DNA of 64,000 bases, taken from Squalus acanthias. Lineage: Eukaryota. The notes under the pieces were generated by a model that was given only the letters and a program-made list of their open reading frames with translations, was not told the origin of the DNA and made no database searches. Position numbers and translations under genes: made by a program. The number at the start of each line of letters is the position of its first letter. Position 1 is the stretch's first letter. The stretch is taken from assembly GCA_030390025.1 (NCBI GenBank), contig JASTWF010000327.1, positions 124,001-188,000 of the forward strand. Direction: 5' to 3'. This document shows, piece after piece, positions 1-11,423 of this stretch.

Positions 1-362
1 GGTGTCAGTGACTGTGGGGCTGGTTTATATCAGACAGGAGGAGATTGGTGTCAGTGACTGTGGGGCTGGTTTATATCAGACAGGAGGAGATTGGTGTCAG
101 TGACTGTGGGGTTGGTTTATATCAGACAGGAGGAGATTGGTGTCAGTGACTGTGGGGTTGGTTTATATCAGACGGGAGGAGATTGGTGTCAGTGACTGTG
201 GGGTTGGTTTATATCAGACAGGAGGAGATTGGTGTCAGTGACTGTGGGGTTGGTTTATATCAGACAGGAGGAGATTGGTGTCAGTGACTGTGGGGTTGGT
301 TTATATCAGACAGGAGGAGATTGGTGTCAGTGACTGTGGGATTGGTTTATAGCAGACAGGAG
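1..362. repeat. 46-bp minisatellite (GGTGTCAGTGACTGTGGGGYTGGTTTATATCAGACAGGAGGAGATT), about 8 copies visible, runs off the window start
   Basis: Direct 46-bp periodicity with near-identical units. Confidence 0.97.
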
Positions 363-439
363 ATTTGTGTAAATGCAGTGATGTCTCTTGCAAGGTTTTG
401 CTCTGATTGTCGGTAATGGGATCTCCTGTGTAAATAATT

Positions 440-550
440 ACAGAATCACAGCGAATTCACACTGGGGAGAGGCCGTTCACCTGCTCCATGTGTGAGAAGG
501 GATTTAATCGTTCATCCAACTTGCTGACACACCAGCGAGTTCACATGTGA
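440..550 (+). pseudogene. ZNF-A: terminal C2H2 finger remnant of a zinc-finger gene ([32 protein letters not shown])
   Basis: Manual translation gives a TGERPF linker and a C2H2 finger ending in TGA at 548-550, followed by the family 3' UTR. The upstream part is degenerate and abuts the 46-bp array. Confidence 0.85.
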
Positions 551-680
551 CTGCAGGGGTTGGATTCTGCTCTTAATCACATCCAGGACTGAACCATGTT
601 CATTCTGACAGTTGGGGTTTGTTTCTGCTGATGTTAATAACCCCAATAACTGGGCTGGAGTTTAATATTCTGGATATATA
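551..680 (+). other. Conserved ZNF-family 3' UTR element (copy truncated before AATAAA)
   Basis: Near-identical to 4300-4454 (rc), 16454-16610, 40976-41135 and 52909-53070. Confidence 0.85.
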
Positions 681-1059
681 GCTGATTGACTTGTCGGGGC
701 TGCAGTGTTCGTTTAAGAACCGCTGTCTGATCTTTCCCCTTTAATTCAGGGACTCTCATCAGAAATTATTTTACAATAAAATTATGAACTTTTATTTCAA
801 TCCTAAATTGATCTTTGGGACAAAATCTAGAATTCAGTGTCTGAAAGGTTCCGCTGATTAACATCTCCAATTAGAAAGTGCTGATTAATCCTCGCTGACA
901 ATTCTTACTGACTTGCACATTACACACAGTGGCACCTCCATTATCCACCAGAAAGAAGGGGAATGGGAATTGGTGGAGAATCGAGAGTCCCCAAATGTTG
1001 CCCCTCCCGTCTGGTACAGCAATCCCCTCGGCACGGGAATGGAGACAAGTCCAGTTATA

Positions 1060-1255
1060 GTAACGGGATGAGTTAAAGGTATTTACTCAGACGGGCGGAA
1101 GGTGGGAAGTGGTGTTCCACGGGGATCGGTGCTGGGACCACTGTTGTTCACCATTTACATGAATGATTTGGACTCGGGAATCAGAGGTACAATTTCAAAA
1201 TTTGCTGATGACACTAAATTGGGGGGTGTAGTTAATACTGAGGAAGACTGCGATA
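1060..1255 (+). mobile_element. CR1 LINE reverse transcriptase fragment
   Basis: GVPRGSVLGPLLFTIYMNDL...[11 protein letters not shown] motifs. Confidence 0.85.
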
Positions 1256-1904
1256 GCATCCTTGTAGAATTATTCAGTTGTGTTCAGTAAATAGCAGCAT
1301 CTTTTAATTTGCTTTAACTGATCACATCACTATATAGTTATGTGAAAAACAAAAATCATTAACAGCTCCTAATTTCAGAATTGCCAGATTCAAACTCCAC
1401 TTCTTCCAAGTACAATCTAACATTTCAAAAATTGTAATGGATGTAGGCGAGATATTCGGACTGTTGTCTAACACAATCCAAACACAGTGACACACAGACA
1501 GATGGGCAGGTGTAGCTTCACAGCGAATCCTTTCAAGCCTCACTAAAAAGTGGCAGACTGGCAATCCATTGTTCACTAATGGAGTTGTGATCTTTGTAAA
1601 TTAAGAAAGGAAATGCATGGGAATGTGTCAAAGAGTTGATTAACAGACTGAGGCATCATCTCCCTTTGATTTCTATTTCTGACACCAGGCAACAGAAAAA
1701 GGTCATTACAACACGACATAAACAGACTCTTCAGGTGTGAGACATCAGACTTCAGAACAACACGTCTGCCAGCTCTGGCCACAAACCTCAGTACAGTCAA
1801 CCTTTCAGCAGCTGCAGCCCTGATTAAATAACTAGTAGTTTAACATGTCTAGTAGAGCTTTTGTATTTCTATTCAAAATAGAAAAAATCTATTTCTGACA
1901 CACA

Positions 1905-2030
1905 CAAAGGTCGCTACAAACTTCCCTTAACTCCAACCCTCTGATTTCTGTTTTGTAGCCAGCTTTCCATCCATTCTGCTGCCTGGCCCTTCACTCCACA
2001 CGGCCTGACCTTGGTCATCTTCTAGATCTG
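1905..2030 (-). mobile_element. Degenerate CR1 fragment
   Basis: Similar to the minus-strand CR1 remnant at 39065-39150 (EWMERWLQ region). Confidence 0.55.
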
Positions 2031-2039
2031 ACATACTGT

Positions 2040-3135
2040 TATGGATAACAAGCTGGTCACAAAACAGAAAACAGAGAGTAGGGGTTAAGACTGGCAAAAG
2101 GTGGGAAGTGGTGTTCCACAGGGATTGGTGCTGGGATCACTGTTGTTCACCATTTACAGAAACGGTTTGGACTCGGGAATCAGAAGTACAATTTCTAAAT
2201 TTGTCGATGACAACAAATTGTGAGGTAAAGTTAATATTGAGGAAGACTGTGACAACATGCAAGAAGACATTAATAAACTAGCAGAATGGGAGTGTAATTC
2301 GCAAATGAATTTCACTATAGCTCAGTGTGAGGTGGTGTGTTTTGGTAGGAAGAATAAGGAGGCCACACACTACTGGAAAATAAGAGTCTAAATGAGGCAA
2401 AGGATCCAGGGGCACAGATACACAAATCACTAAAAGTAGCGACGCAGGTTAATGAGGCCATAACAGGAGCAAACAATGGACTGGGGCTCATTTCTAGAGG
2501 GATAGAATTGAACAGCAGAGAAGTTATGTTAAACTTGTACTGAACCTTGGTTAGACCACACTTGGCGTACAGTGCACAGTTCTGGTCTCCATATTATAAA
2601 AAGGATATAGAGGCACTGGAGAAGATGCAAAAGAGATTTGCAAGGATGATCCTAGAACTGAGAGGATATATTTATCAGGAAAGGCTGAACAGGCTGGGGC
2701 TCTTTTCTCTAGAATAAAGAGAAGGCCGATGGGTGACCTGATCGAGGTCTTTAAGATTATGAAAAGGTTATAGAGGGTGGACCTGGAGAAAATGTTTCCA
2801 CTTGTGGGGGAGTCCAAAACTACAGGTCATAAATATAACACAGTCTCTAATAAATCCAATGGGGAATTCAGGAGAAACTTCTTTACCCAAAGAGAGGTAA
2901 GAATGTGGAACGTGCTACCACAAGGAGTAGTTGAGGCGAATAGCACAGATGCATTCATGGGGAAGGTAGATAAGCACATGAGGGAGAAAGGAATAGAAGG
3001 ATATGCTAATAGGGTTCGATGAAGAGTGGTGGGAGGAGACTCGTGTGGAGCAGAAACACCGGCATTGACCAGTTGGGCCGAATGGCCTGTTCCTGTGCTG
3101 TAGACTCTGTAATTCGATGTAACTCTGTGTAACTA
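2040..3135 (+). mobile_element. 5'-truncated degenerate CR1 LINE (RT C-terminal half, 3' UTR and tail)
   Basis: Broken GVPQG/FVDD motifs, RRNFFTQR motif, CR1 3' end GGGCCGAATGGCCTG followed by a short repeat tail. Confidence 0.9.
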
Positions 3136-4454
3136 TGTCTTCTGACTCCTGACACAGCTGGAAAAGCTTTTACTATTATTACCACAATTGTGCAGCATCT
3201 TCATTTCCAAATATCTCTGAGCTTCTCTAATGGCTGCTTTTGTCTCCCTCAATTGTGGGTGATATTTGTCCCTATTCTCCTGTAAACTGAACTCACCTTG
3301 ATCTGAACTGGGTTCAATGTAAGACAGTTCGGGGAGTCAGGAATCATTCACCCCGAGACCTACGCTGGCCGGTAAAACCCCAGACGGTTCCTCAGTAAGG
3401 ATTCCTCTGGTTCCTCAGCATATATTTGTCAGGATAACAAAACCCAGCTTTCTTACCGTCCACTCCTGGAGGCCCCACTCCCTGAGCCTACAACCTTCAG
3501 CAGGGTCAGTGGTGGAGTTCCACAGCGGGAGTGATCCCAGAGTAACTGTCGGGATCGCACCCCCGTGGATGTTCCGGTCGTGTATTTTTAGTTATCCTGG
3601 TGTCTAACACACACACATCAATAAAACAGGGAATTCCTGGAAACACGCTGCAGGTCCTTCTTTATCTGGAGATCAAATGTCTGTTGTATAATTGTACCAG
3701 CAGTTAACAGGCTCCTGTGAACTCCTCCCTCTGCTATTTTAATGCAGACTTTAAAATAAATTGGTTAAACGGGTTTATTTTAAATGAGTTAATACCTGCC
3801 TTAAAATGGTAGACTCAGGACTGTCAGACAAACACGTTAAATCTTCATAGAATAATTACCACAGTCATTTTTAAACTAGAAACTTAAACCTGCCGTTTCA
3901 CTTTCAGTCAGGAACAGATCGCAGTTTTACACCAATCTCTGATTTGACAGCACGTTTCCAGCATTCACCGTTGTTCTTCCTGACTCTAAACACAGTTGTA
4001 AAGGAGCCTTCTGTTCCATGCCTAGGAGCTCTGAACCATGGAAGAGAGCGGCTGGGACACATTTCTTACACACCTCAAGATTAACCCACACGGGGACTTT
4101 GCTGTCAGTGAAGAGAGACGAGAAAGACCAAAGTGCCGTTTGCCCCTCTCAGTGTGGCCCTGAAGGACTGTGTCCAGGCTGAAGTTCTGTTCCCGCCGTA
4201 CGATCCTCCCCCAGATTGTCCTTTCTGAGCTCCAGCCAGGTGATGCTAAACACTCAGGTGGGAAAGAAGAAAATCTACAACAATGTGTTTAAAACAAAGC
4301 TGATTTATTTGACATATATCCAGAATATTAAACTCCAGCCCAGTTATAGGGGTTATTAACATCAGCAGAAACAAACCCCAACTGTCAGAATGAACATGAT
4401 TCAGTCCTGGATGTGATTAACAGCAGCAATAACAGCAGAATCCAACCCCTGCAG
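3115..4454 (-). repeat. ZNF 3' flank duplicated in inverted orientation at ~40976-42280, and partly at 52909-53298
   Basis: Reverse complement aligns by eye along the whole length, e.g. 3120 TAACTCTGTGTAACTATGTCTTCTG vs 42250 CAGAAGACATAGTTACACAGAGTTA. Includes minus-strand AATAAA at 4304-4309. Confidence 0.92.
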
Positions 4455-5375
4455 TCACTTGTGAACTTGATGGTGTCTCAGCAGGTTGGATTTCCGAATG
4501 AATCCCTTCCCACATACTGAGCAGGTGAACGGCCTCTCCCCAGTGTGAATACGTTGGTGTCCCAGCAGATCCTTTTTGCTTTTAAATCTCTTCTCACAGT
4601 CAGAACATGTAAAAGGTCTCTTATCAGAGTGAACTCGCTGGTGTCTCAGCAGGTTTGATGACCGAATGAATCCCTTCCCACACACGGAGCAGGTGAACGG
4701 CCTCTCCCCAGTGTGAGTGCGCTGGTGTACAGTGAGTTCAGATGATCGCCTGAACCCAGTCCCGCAGTGAGAGCACCTGAACGGTCTTTCGTCAGTGTGA
4801 ACAGTTTGATGGCATGTCAGTTCCCCGGAACTTTTATAGCACTTCCCACAGTCCGGGCATTTAAAAGGTCTCTCGTCAGTGTGAACTCGCCAGTGCTTCA
4901 GCAGAGTGGATGAATTAATAAATCCTTTCCCACACTCGGAGCAGGTGAAGGATCTCGCCCCAGAGTTACTACGCTGGTGTCTCAGCAGATCACTTCTGCT
5001 TTTAAATCTCTTCTCACAATCAGAACATTTAAAAGGTCTCTTATCAGTGTGAACAAGTTGGTGTGTTAGCAGGTGGGATGACTGAGTGAATCCCTTCCCA
5101 CACACGGAGCAGGTGAACGGCCTCTCCCCAGTGTGAACTCGCCGGTGTGTCAGCAGGGCGGATGACTGAGTGAATCCATTCCCACACACAGAGCAGGTGA
5201 ACGGCCTCTCCCCAGTGTGAACAAGTTGGTGTGTCAGCAGGTGGGATAACTGAGTGAATCTCTTACCACACACGGAGCAGGTGAACGGCCTCTCCTCGGT
5301 GTGAACTCGCTGGTGTCTCAGCAGGTGGGATGAACGAGTGAATCCCTTCCCACACTCAGAGCAGGTGAACGGCAT
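4455..5375 (-). CDS. ZNF-B 3' frame: C2H2 zinc-finger protein, 306 aa, 11 fingers (one lacks the last His); probably part of a frameshifted gene
   Basis: Tandem CxxC...HxxxH fingers with TGERPF linkers; the ATG lies in a linker position (SEMPF). Confidence 0.7.
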   Translation of the reverse strand: MPFTCSECGKGFTRSSHLLRHQRVHTEERPFTCSVCGKRFTQLSHLLTHQLVHTGERPFTCSVCGNGFTQSSALLTHRRVHTGERPFTCSVCGKGFTQSSHLLTHQLVHTDKRPFKCSDCEKRFKSRSDLLRHQRSNSGARSFTCSECGKGFINSSTLLKHWRVHTDERPFKCPDCGKCYKSSGELTCHQTVHTDERPFRCSHCGTGFRRSSELTVHQRTHTGERPFTCSVCGKGFIRSSNLLRHQRVHSDKRPFTCSDCEKRFKSKKDLLGHQRIHTGERPFTCSVCGKGFIRKSNLLRHHQVHK

Positions 5376-5920
5376 CTCACTGGTGTGAACTCGTGCGATG
5401 ATGCCCTGAACCTCTTCCCACAGTGAGAGCAGTTGAACAATGTGTAACCGCTGTGAATGTGCTGGTGCTCTATCAGTGTCTCAGGGCGTTTAAAGCTCTT
5501 CACCCACTCGATGCATTTAAACTCTCTCTCGTTAGTGTGAGCCCACTGATGTATCAGCAGGGCAGAGAAATAAGTGCATCTCTTGCCACAGACAGAGCAG
5601 GTGAACGGTCTCTCCCCGGTGTGATTGCACCGTTGGGTTTCCAGCTCAGACGGATATTTGAATCCTTTCCCACAATCCCCACATTTACACCGTTTCTCCC
5701 CGGTGTGACTGCGCTTGTGTCTCGACAGGCCACAGGATCGGCTGAAGCCTCGTCCACACACACAACACGTGTACGGTTTCTCCCTGCTGTGAACGGTGCT
5801 TTTTGCTTCCGCGTTCAAAGGCCGATGATATTCAGGTCCGATGAATCGAGTGACTTTGTCAGATCTTGATGCGATGTTTGGTTTGAGCTTCCCGTCTGCT
5901 AATCCTCCTCTTCTAATAGC
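5376..5920 (-). pseudogene. ZNF-B 5' part of exon: leader plus 4-5 partly degenerate fingers, out of frame with the 3' ORF
   Basis: Acceptor TTCATTTTACAG precedes 5920. About 16 nt are deleted in the finger RASS^(H)RVH near 5395. The ATG found in ZNF-E (AACATGGAAGCA) reads AACGCGGAAGCA here. Confidence 0.8.
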
Positions 5921-6224
5921 CTGTAAAATGAATTTAAAACAGGAAAAAGGGAGTGTGAGAGAGAACCCACAAAAAAACAAAGGCAGGTTGTGAAATTGAG
6001 CTCAATGAATCTGGTCATTTGTGGGGCCGGCACTAGAAAAAAGTGACCATGAAAGCTGCTGGATTGTCATAAAAACCCAACTGGTTCACTAATGTCCTTC
6101 AGAGAAGGGAATCCGCCACCCAGTCTGGGCCTACACGTGACTCTAGCCTCTATGGGAGGAGAGAGAGAGGTTGTCGTTGGGGGGGGGCGGGACGCGTGGA
6201 AGGGTCAAAAGAAAGGGTCTTTAT

Positions 6225-6478
6225 ACATCTGCAACTCGACCTGAACTTTGACAGAACCTCCAAAACCCGCGAACTCCACCACCTAGAAGGACGAGGGCAG
6301 CAGGTGTATGGGAACACCATCACCTGCCAGTTCCCCTCTAAGTCAGTACCTTCACCACACGGACTGCAGTGGTTCATGACGAAGGCTCACCACCACCTTC
6401 TCAACGGGAAACTAGCGATTGGCAACATATGCTGGCCTTGCCCGTGACGCCCAGATCCCAAGAATGAATGAAAAAAAT
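6225..6478 (+). mobile_element. 3' end of a second CR1-group LINE family ('family B') in the ZNF-B intron
   Basis: Matches the reverse complement of 35290-35580, 47455-47760 and 50840-51170 (CCTTCACCACACGGACTGCAG; TGAATG tail). Confidence 0.8.
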
Positions 6479-6699
6479 CTGTATGTGTAAAATGGATTAA
6501 AAGCCTCTAGAGAAAAACTTGTTTCTAAAACAATAGTCTTTTACATTGTAGGGACAGTGTCTGTTTAACAACCTAATCTCCCCCAGAATCCACCTCCCTT
6601 GACAGTCTCACATTGGAAATTGTTGGGTCCTCCTGGGCTCAGAAGTACTGGGGGTTAAACCCAGCAGCTTCTCCTCCATCTCCACTCCAGCTCAAACTG

Positions 6700-7110
6700 A
6701 AGCAACAAAAAGACCTGCACAGGCGGCCAGGGACCGACTTCCGCATCCAGCGCCCGCCCTGATACAAGCCGGCTCTGGATTGGCGGGTCTGCTGTGTCGA
6801 TGCCAGTTGTGGTTTCTCCTGTCTGGGGGAGGCGCTGCACCCTGGGTTTCCTGGTGCCGGGGCCCTGGCCGCACGTCCGCCGGGCCCGGCCGCTCTGATT
6901 CGGGGCCTGAGACGCGCACTCGGTGTTGCTGAGGCCGCGCTCGCCCCCGCTCAGTTTCCTGGAGCCGCACCGCGCATGCTCCCGGGACCAGCCCTTCCCG
7001 CGCCTGCGCACTGCGCCCCTGCTGATGGAGATAGGCCGTATTCGCCCGCGCGGGGCACTCTGGGTAAGGGCATCCGCCATGTTCGGTATTGTGTTTCCCT
7101 GGAGTTCCGG
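6700..7110. promoter_or_regulatory. CpG-island promoter of ZNF-B, probably bidirectional
   Basis: High CpG density; ETS-like ACTTCCG (~6738), NRF1-like GCGCATGCTC and GCGCCTGCGCA, YY1-like CGCCATGTT (~7075), plus-strand donor GG|GTAAGG (~7064). Near-identical inverted copy at 50200-50620. Confidence 0.75.
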
Positions 7111-7246
7111 TTCTGAGTTTCAGACACTTCAGTGCCAAGTGGACCAGGTGTTTAAAGCTCATTCATTGCCCTCGCTCCATGTCGCTGTTAGTTAAAGGTA
7201 CAGAGATTGATTTCCCCTCATTGTGCATCTGTTTGTGATATTTAGA

Positions 7247-7709
7247 CAAAGAAAGACTTGCATTTCTACAGCGCCTTTCAGGACCACCGGACGTCCCAAA
7301 GCGCATTACAGCCAATGAAGTAAATTTTGAAGTGCAGCCATTGTTGTAATGTGGGAAACGTAGCAGCCAATGAGCGCAGACAAGCTCCCACAAACAGCAA
7401 TGTGATAATGACCAGATAATCTGTTTCTGTGATGTTGATTGAGGGATAAATATCGGCCAGGACACCAGGGAGAACTCCCGTGTTCTTCTTCGAAATAGAG
7501 CCCTGGGATCTTTTACGTCCACCCGAAAGAGTAGACGGGACCTCAGTTCAACATCACATCCAAAAGACAGCACCTCCGACAGTGCAGCACTCCCTCAGCA
7601 CTGCACTGGAGCGTCAGCCTAGATTTCTGTGCTCAAGTCTCTGGAGTGGGAACTTCAACCCACAACCTTCTGACTCAGAGGCGAGGGTGCTACCAACTGA
7701 GCCACGGCC
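7247..7709 (-). mobile_element. tRNA-derived Deu-domain SINE (SacSINE1-like)
   Basis: rc head GGCCGTGGCTCAGTTGGTAGC (A box) with a B-box-like segment, Deu core GTGCTGCACTGTCGGAGGTGC, and L2-like tail AAATGCAAGTCTTTCTTT. The family name is from recall. Confidence 0.8.
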
Positions 7710-7755
7710 TGACACAAAGACAATGGCTCATCACTCTGCACCTATAGTAGTTAAA

Positions 7756-10700
7756 GTCAGGGTAGGGCTAGGTCACTGAGGGATGAAGGAGGCGAGTGTG
7801 CAGTGGAGAGTCAGGGTCGGGCTAGGTCACTGAGGGATGAAGGAGGCGAGTGTGCAGTGGAGAGTCAGGGTCGGGCTAGGTCACTGAGGGATGAAGGAGT
7901 CGAGTGTGCAGTGGAGAGTCACAGTCGGGCTAGGTCACTGAGGGATGAAGGAGGCGAGTGTGCAGTGGAGAGTCAGTGTAGGGCTAGGTTACTGCGGGAT
8001 GAAGGAGGCAAGTGTGCAGTGGAGAGTCAGGGTCGGGCTAGGTCACTGAGGGATGAAGGAGGCGAGTGTGCAGTGGAGAGTCAGGGTTGGGCTAGGTCAC
8101 TGAGGGATGAAGGAGGCGAGTGTGCAGTGGAGAGTCAGGTTGGGCTAGGTCACTGAGGGATGAAGGAGGTGAGTGTGCAGTGCAGAGTCAGGGTCGGGCT
8201 AGGTCACTGAGGGATGAAGGAGATGAGTGTGCAGTGGAGAGTCAGGGTAGGGCTAGGTCACTGAGGGATGAAGGAGGCGAGTGTGCAGTGGAGAGTCAGG
8301 GTAGGCTAGGTCACTGAGGGATGAAGGAGGCGAGTGTGCAGTGGAGAGTCAGGGTCGGGCTAGGTCACTGAGGGATGAAGGAGGCGAGTGTGCAGTGGAG
8401 AGTCAGGGTCGGGCTAGGTCACTGAGGGATGAAGGAGGCGAGTGTGCAGTGGAGAGTCAGGGTCGGGCTAGGTCACTGAGGGATGAAGGAGGCGAGTGTG
8501 CAGTGGAGAGTCAGGGTCGGGCTAGGTCACTGAGGGATGAAGGAGGCGAGTGTGCAGTGGAGAGTCAGGGTCGGGCTAGGTCACTGAGGGATGAAGGAGG
8601 CGAGTGTGCAGTGGAGAGTCAGGGTAGGGCTAGGTCACTGAGGGATGAAGGAGGCGAGTGTGCAGTGGAGAGTCAGGGTCGGGCTAGGTCACTGAGGGAT
8701 GAAGGAGGCGAGTGTGCAGTGGAGAGTCAGGGTCGGCTAGGTCACTGAGGGATGAAGGAGGCGAGTGTGCAGTGGAGAGTCAGGGTCGGGCTAGGTCACT
8801 GAGGGATGAAGGAGGCGAGTGTGCAGTGGAGAGTCAGGGTCGGGCTAGGTCACTGAGGGATGAAGGAGGCGAGTGTGCAGTGGAGAGTCAGGGTCAGGCT
8901 AGGTCACTGAGGGATGAAGGAGGCGAGTGTGCAGTGGAGAGTCAGGGTAGGGCTAGGTCACTGAGGGATGAAGGAGGCGAGTGTGCAGTGGAGAGTCAGG
9001 GTCGGGCTAGGTCACTGAGGGATGAAGGAGGCGAGTGTGCAGTGGAGAGTCAGGGTCGGGCTAGGTCACTGAGGGATGAAGGAGGCGAGTGTGCAGTGGA
9101 GAGTCAGGGTCGGGCTAGGTCACTGAGGGATGAAGGAGGCGAGTGTGCAGTGGAGAGTCAGGGTCGGGCTAGGTCACTGAGGGATGAAGGAGGCGAGTGT
9201 GCAGTGGAGAGTCAGGGTCGGGCTAGGTCACTGAGGGATGAAGGAGGCGAGTGTGCAGTGGAGAGTCAGGGTCGGGCTAGGTCACTGAGGGATGAAGGAG
9301 GCGAGTGTGCAGTGGAGAGTCAGGGTCGGGCTAGGTCACTGAGGGATGAAGGAGGCGAGTGTGCAGTGGAGAGTCAGGGTCGGGCTAGGTCACTGAGGGA
9401 TGAAGGAGGCGAGTGTGCAGTGGAGAGTCAGGGTCGGGCTAGGTCACTGAGGGATGAAGGAGGCGAGTGTGCAGTGGAGAGTCAGGGTCGGGCTAGGTCA
9501 CTGAGGGATGAAGGAGGCGAGTGTGCAGTGGAGAGTCAGGGTCGGGCTAGGTCACTGAGGGATGAAGGAGGCGAGTGTGCAGTGGAGAGTCAGGGTCGGG
9601 CTAGGTCACTGAGGGATGAAGGAGGCGAGTGTGCAGTGGAGAGTCAGGGTCGGGCTAGGTCACTGAGGGATGAAGGAGGCGAGTGTGCAGTGGAGAGTCA
9701 GGGTCGGGCTAGGTCACTGAGGGATGAAGGAGGCGAGTGTGCAGTGGAGAGTCAGGGTCGGGCTAGGTCACTGAGGGATGAAGGAGGCGAGTGTGCAGTG
9801 GAGAGTCAGGGTCGGGCTAGGTCACTGAGGGATGAAGGAGGCGAGTGTGCAGTGGAGAGTCAGGGTCGGGCTAGGTCACTGAGGGATGAAGGAGGCGAGT
9901 GTGCAGTGGAGAGTCAGGGTCGGGCTAGGTCACTGAGGGATGAAGGAGGCGAGTGTGCAGTGGAGAGTCAGGGTCGGGCTAGGTCACTGAGGGATGAAGG
10001 AGGCGAGTGTGCAGTGGAGAGTCAGGGTCGGGCTAGGTCACTGAGGGATGAAGGAGGCGAGTGTGCAGTGGAGAGTCAGGGTCGGGCTAGGTCACTGAGG
10101 GATGAAGGAGGCGAGTGTGCAGTGGAGAGTCAGGGTCGGGCTAGGTCACTGAGGGATGAAGGAGGCGAGTGTGCAGTGGAGAGTCAGGGTCGGGCTAGGT
10201 CACTGAGGGATGAAGGAGGCGAGTGTGCAGTGGAGAGTCAGGGTCGGGCTAGGTCACTGAGGGATGAAGGAGGCGAGTGTGCAGTGGAGAGTCAGGGTCG
10301 GGCTAGGTCACTGAGGGATGAAGGAGGCGAGTGTGCAGTGGAGAGTCAGGGTCGGGCTAGGTCACTGAGGGATGAAGGAGGCGAGTGTGCAGTGGAGAGT
10401 CAGGGTCGGGCTAGGTCACTGAGGGATGAAGGAGGCGAGTGTGCAGTGGAGAGTCAGGGTCGGGCTAGGTCACTGAGGGATGAAGGAGGCGAGTGTGCAG
10501 TGGAGAGTCAGGGTCGGGCTAGGTCACTGAGGGATGAAGGAGGCGAGTGTGCAGTGGAGAGTCAGGGTCGGGCTAGGTCACTGAGGGATGAAGGAGGCGA
10601 GTGTGCAGTGGAGAGTCAGGGTCGGGCTAGGTCACTGAGGGATGAAGGAGGCGAGTGTGCAGTGGAGAGTCAGGGTCGGGCTAGGTCACTGAGGGATGAA

Positions 10701-11382
10701 GGAGGCGAGTGTGCAGTGGAGAGTCAGGGTCGGGCTAGGTCACTGAGGGATGAAGGAGGCGAGTGTGCAGTGGAGAGTCAGGGTCGGGCTAGGTCACTGA
10801 GGGATGAAGGAGGCGAGTGTGCAGTGGAGAGTCAGGGTCGGGCTAGGTCACTGAGGGATGAAGGAGGCGAGTGTGCAGTGGAGAGTCAGGGTCGGGCTAG
10901 GTCACTGAGGGATGAAGGAGGCGAGTGTGCAGTGGAGAGTCAGGGTCGGGCTAGGTCACTGAGGGATGAAGGAGGCGAGTGTGCAGTGGAGAGTCAGGGT
11001 AGGGCTAGGTCACTGAGGGATGAAGGAGGCGAGTGTGCAGTGGAGAGTCAGGGTCGGGCTAGGTCACTGAGGGATGAAGGAGGCGAGTGTGCAGTGGAGA
11101 GTCAGGGTAGGGCTAGGTCACTGAGGGATGAAGGAGGCGAGTGTGCAGTGGAGAGTCAGGGTCGGGCTAGGTCACTGAGGGATGAAGGAGGCGAGTGTGC
11201 AGTGGAGAGTCAGGGTCGGGCTAGGTCACTGAGGGATGAAGGAGGCGAGTGTGCAGTGGAGAGTCAGGGTCGGGCTAGGTCACTGAGGGATGAAGGAGGC
11301 GAGTGTGCAGTGGAGAGTCAGGGTCGGGCTAGGTCACTGAGGGATGAAGGAGGCGAGTGTGCAGTGGAGAGTCAGGGTCGGG
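7756..11382. repeat. 54-bp minisatellite (GAGTCAGGGTCGGGCTAGGTCACTGAGGGATGAAGGAGGCGAGTGTGCAGTGGA), about 67 copies
   Basis: Exact 54-bp period; variants cluster at the left end and the core is homogeneous. Confidence 0.98.
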
Positions 11383-11423
11383 CTCGCCTCCTTCATCCCT
11401 CAGTGACCTCACTCTGCCCTGAC

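Noticed and set aside
6655..7195. Overlapping 90-156 aa ORFs in the CpG island (and 50130-50619)
   Set aside because: GC-rich stop-poor sequence; an indel between the two paralogs changes the frames, and there are no recognisable domains.
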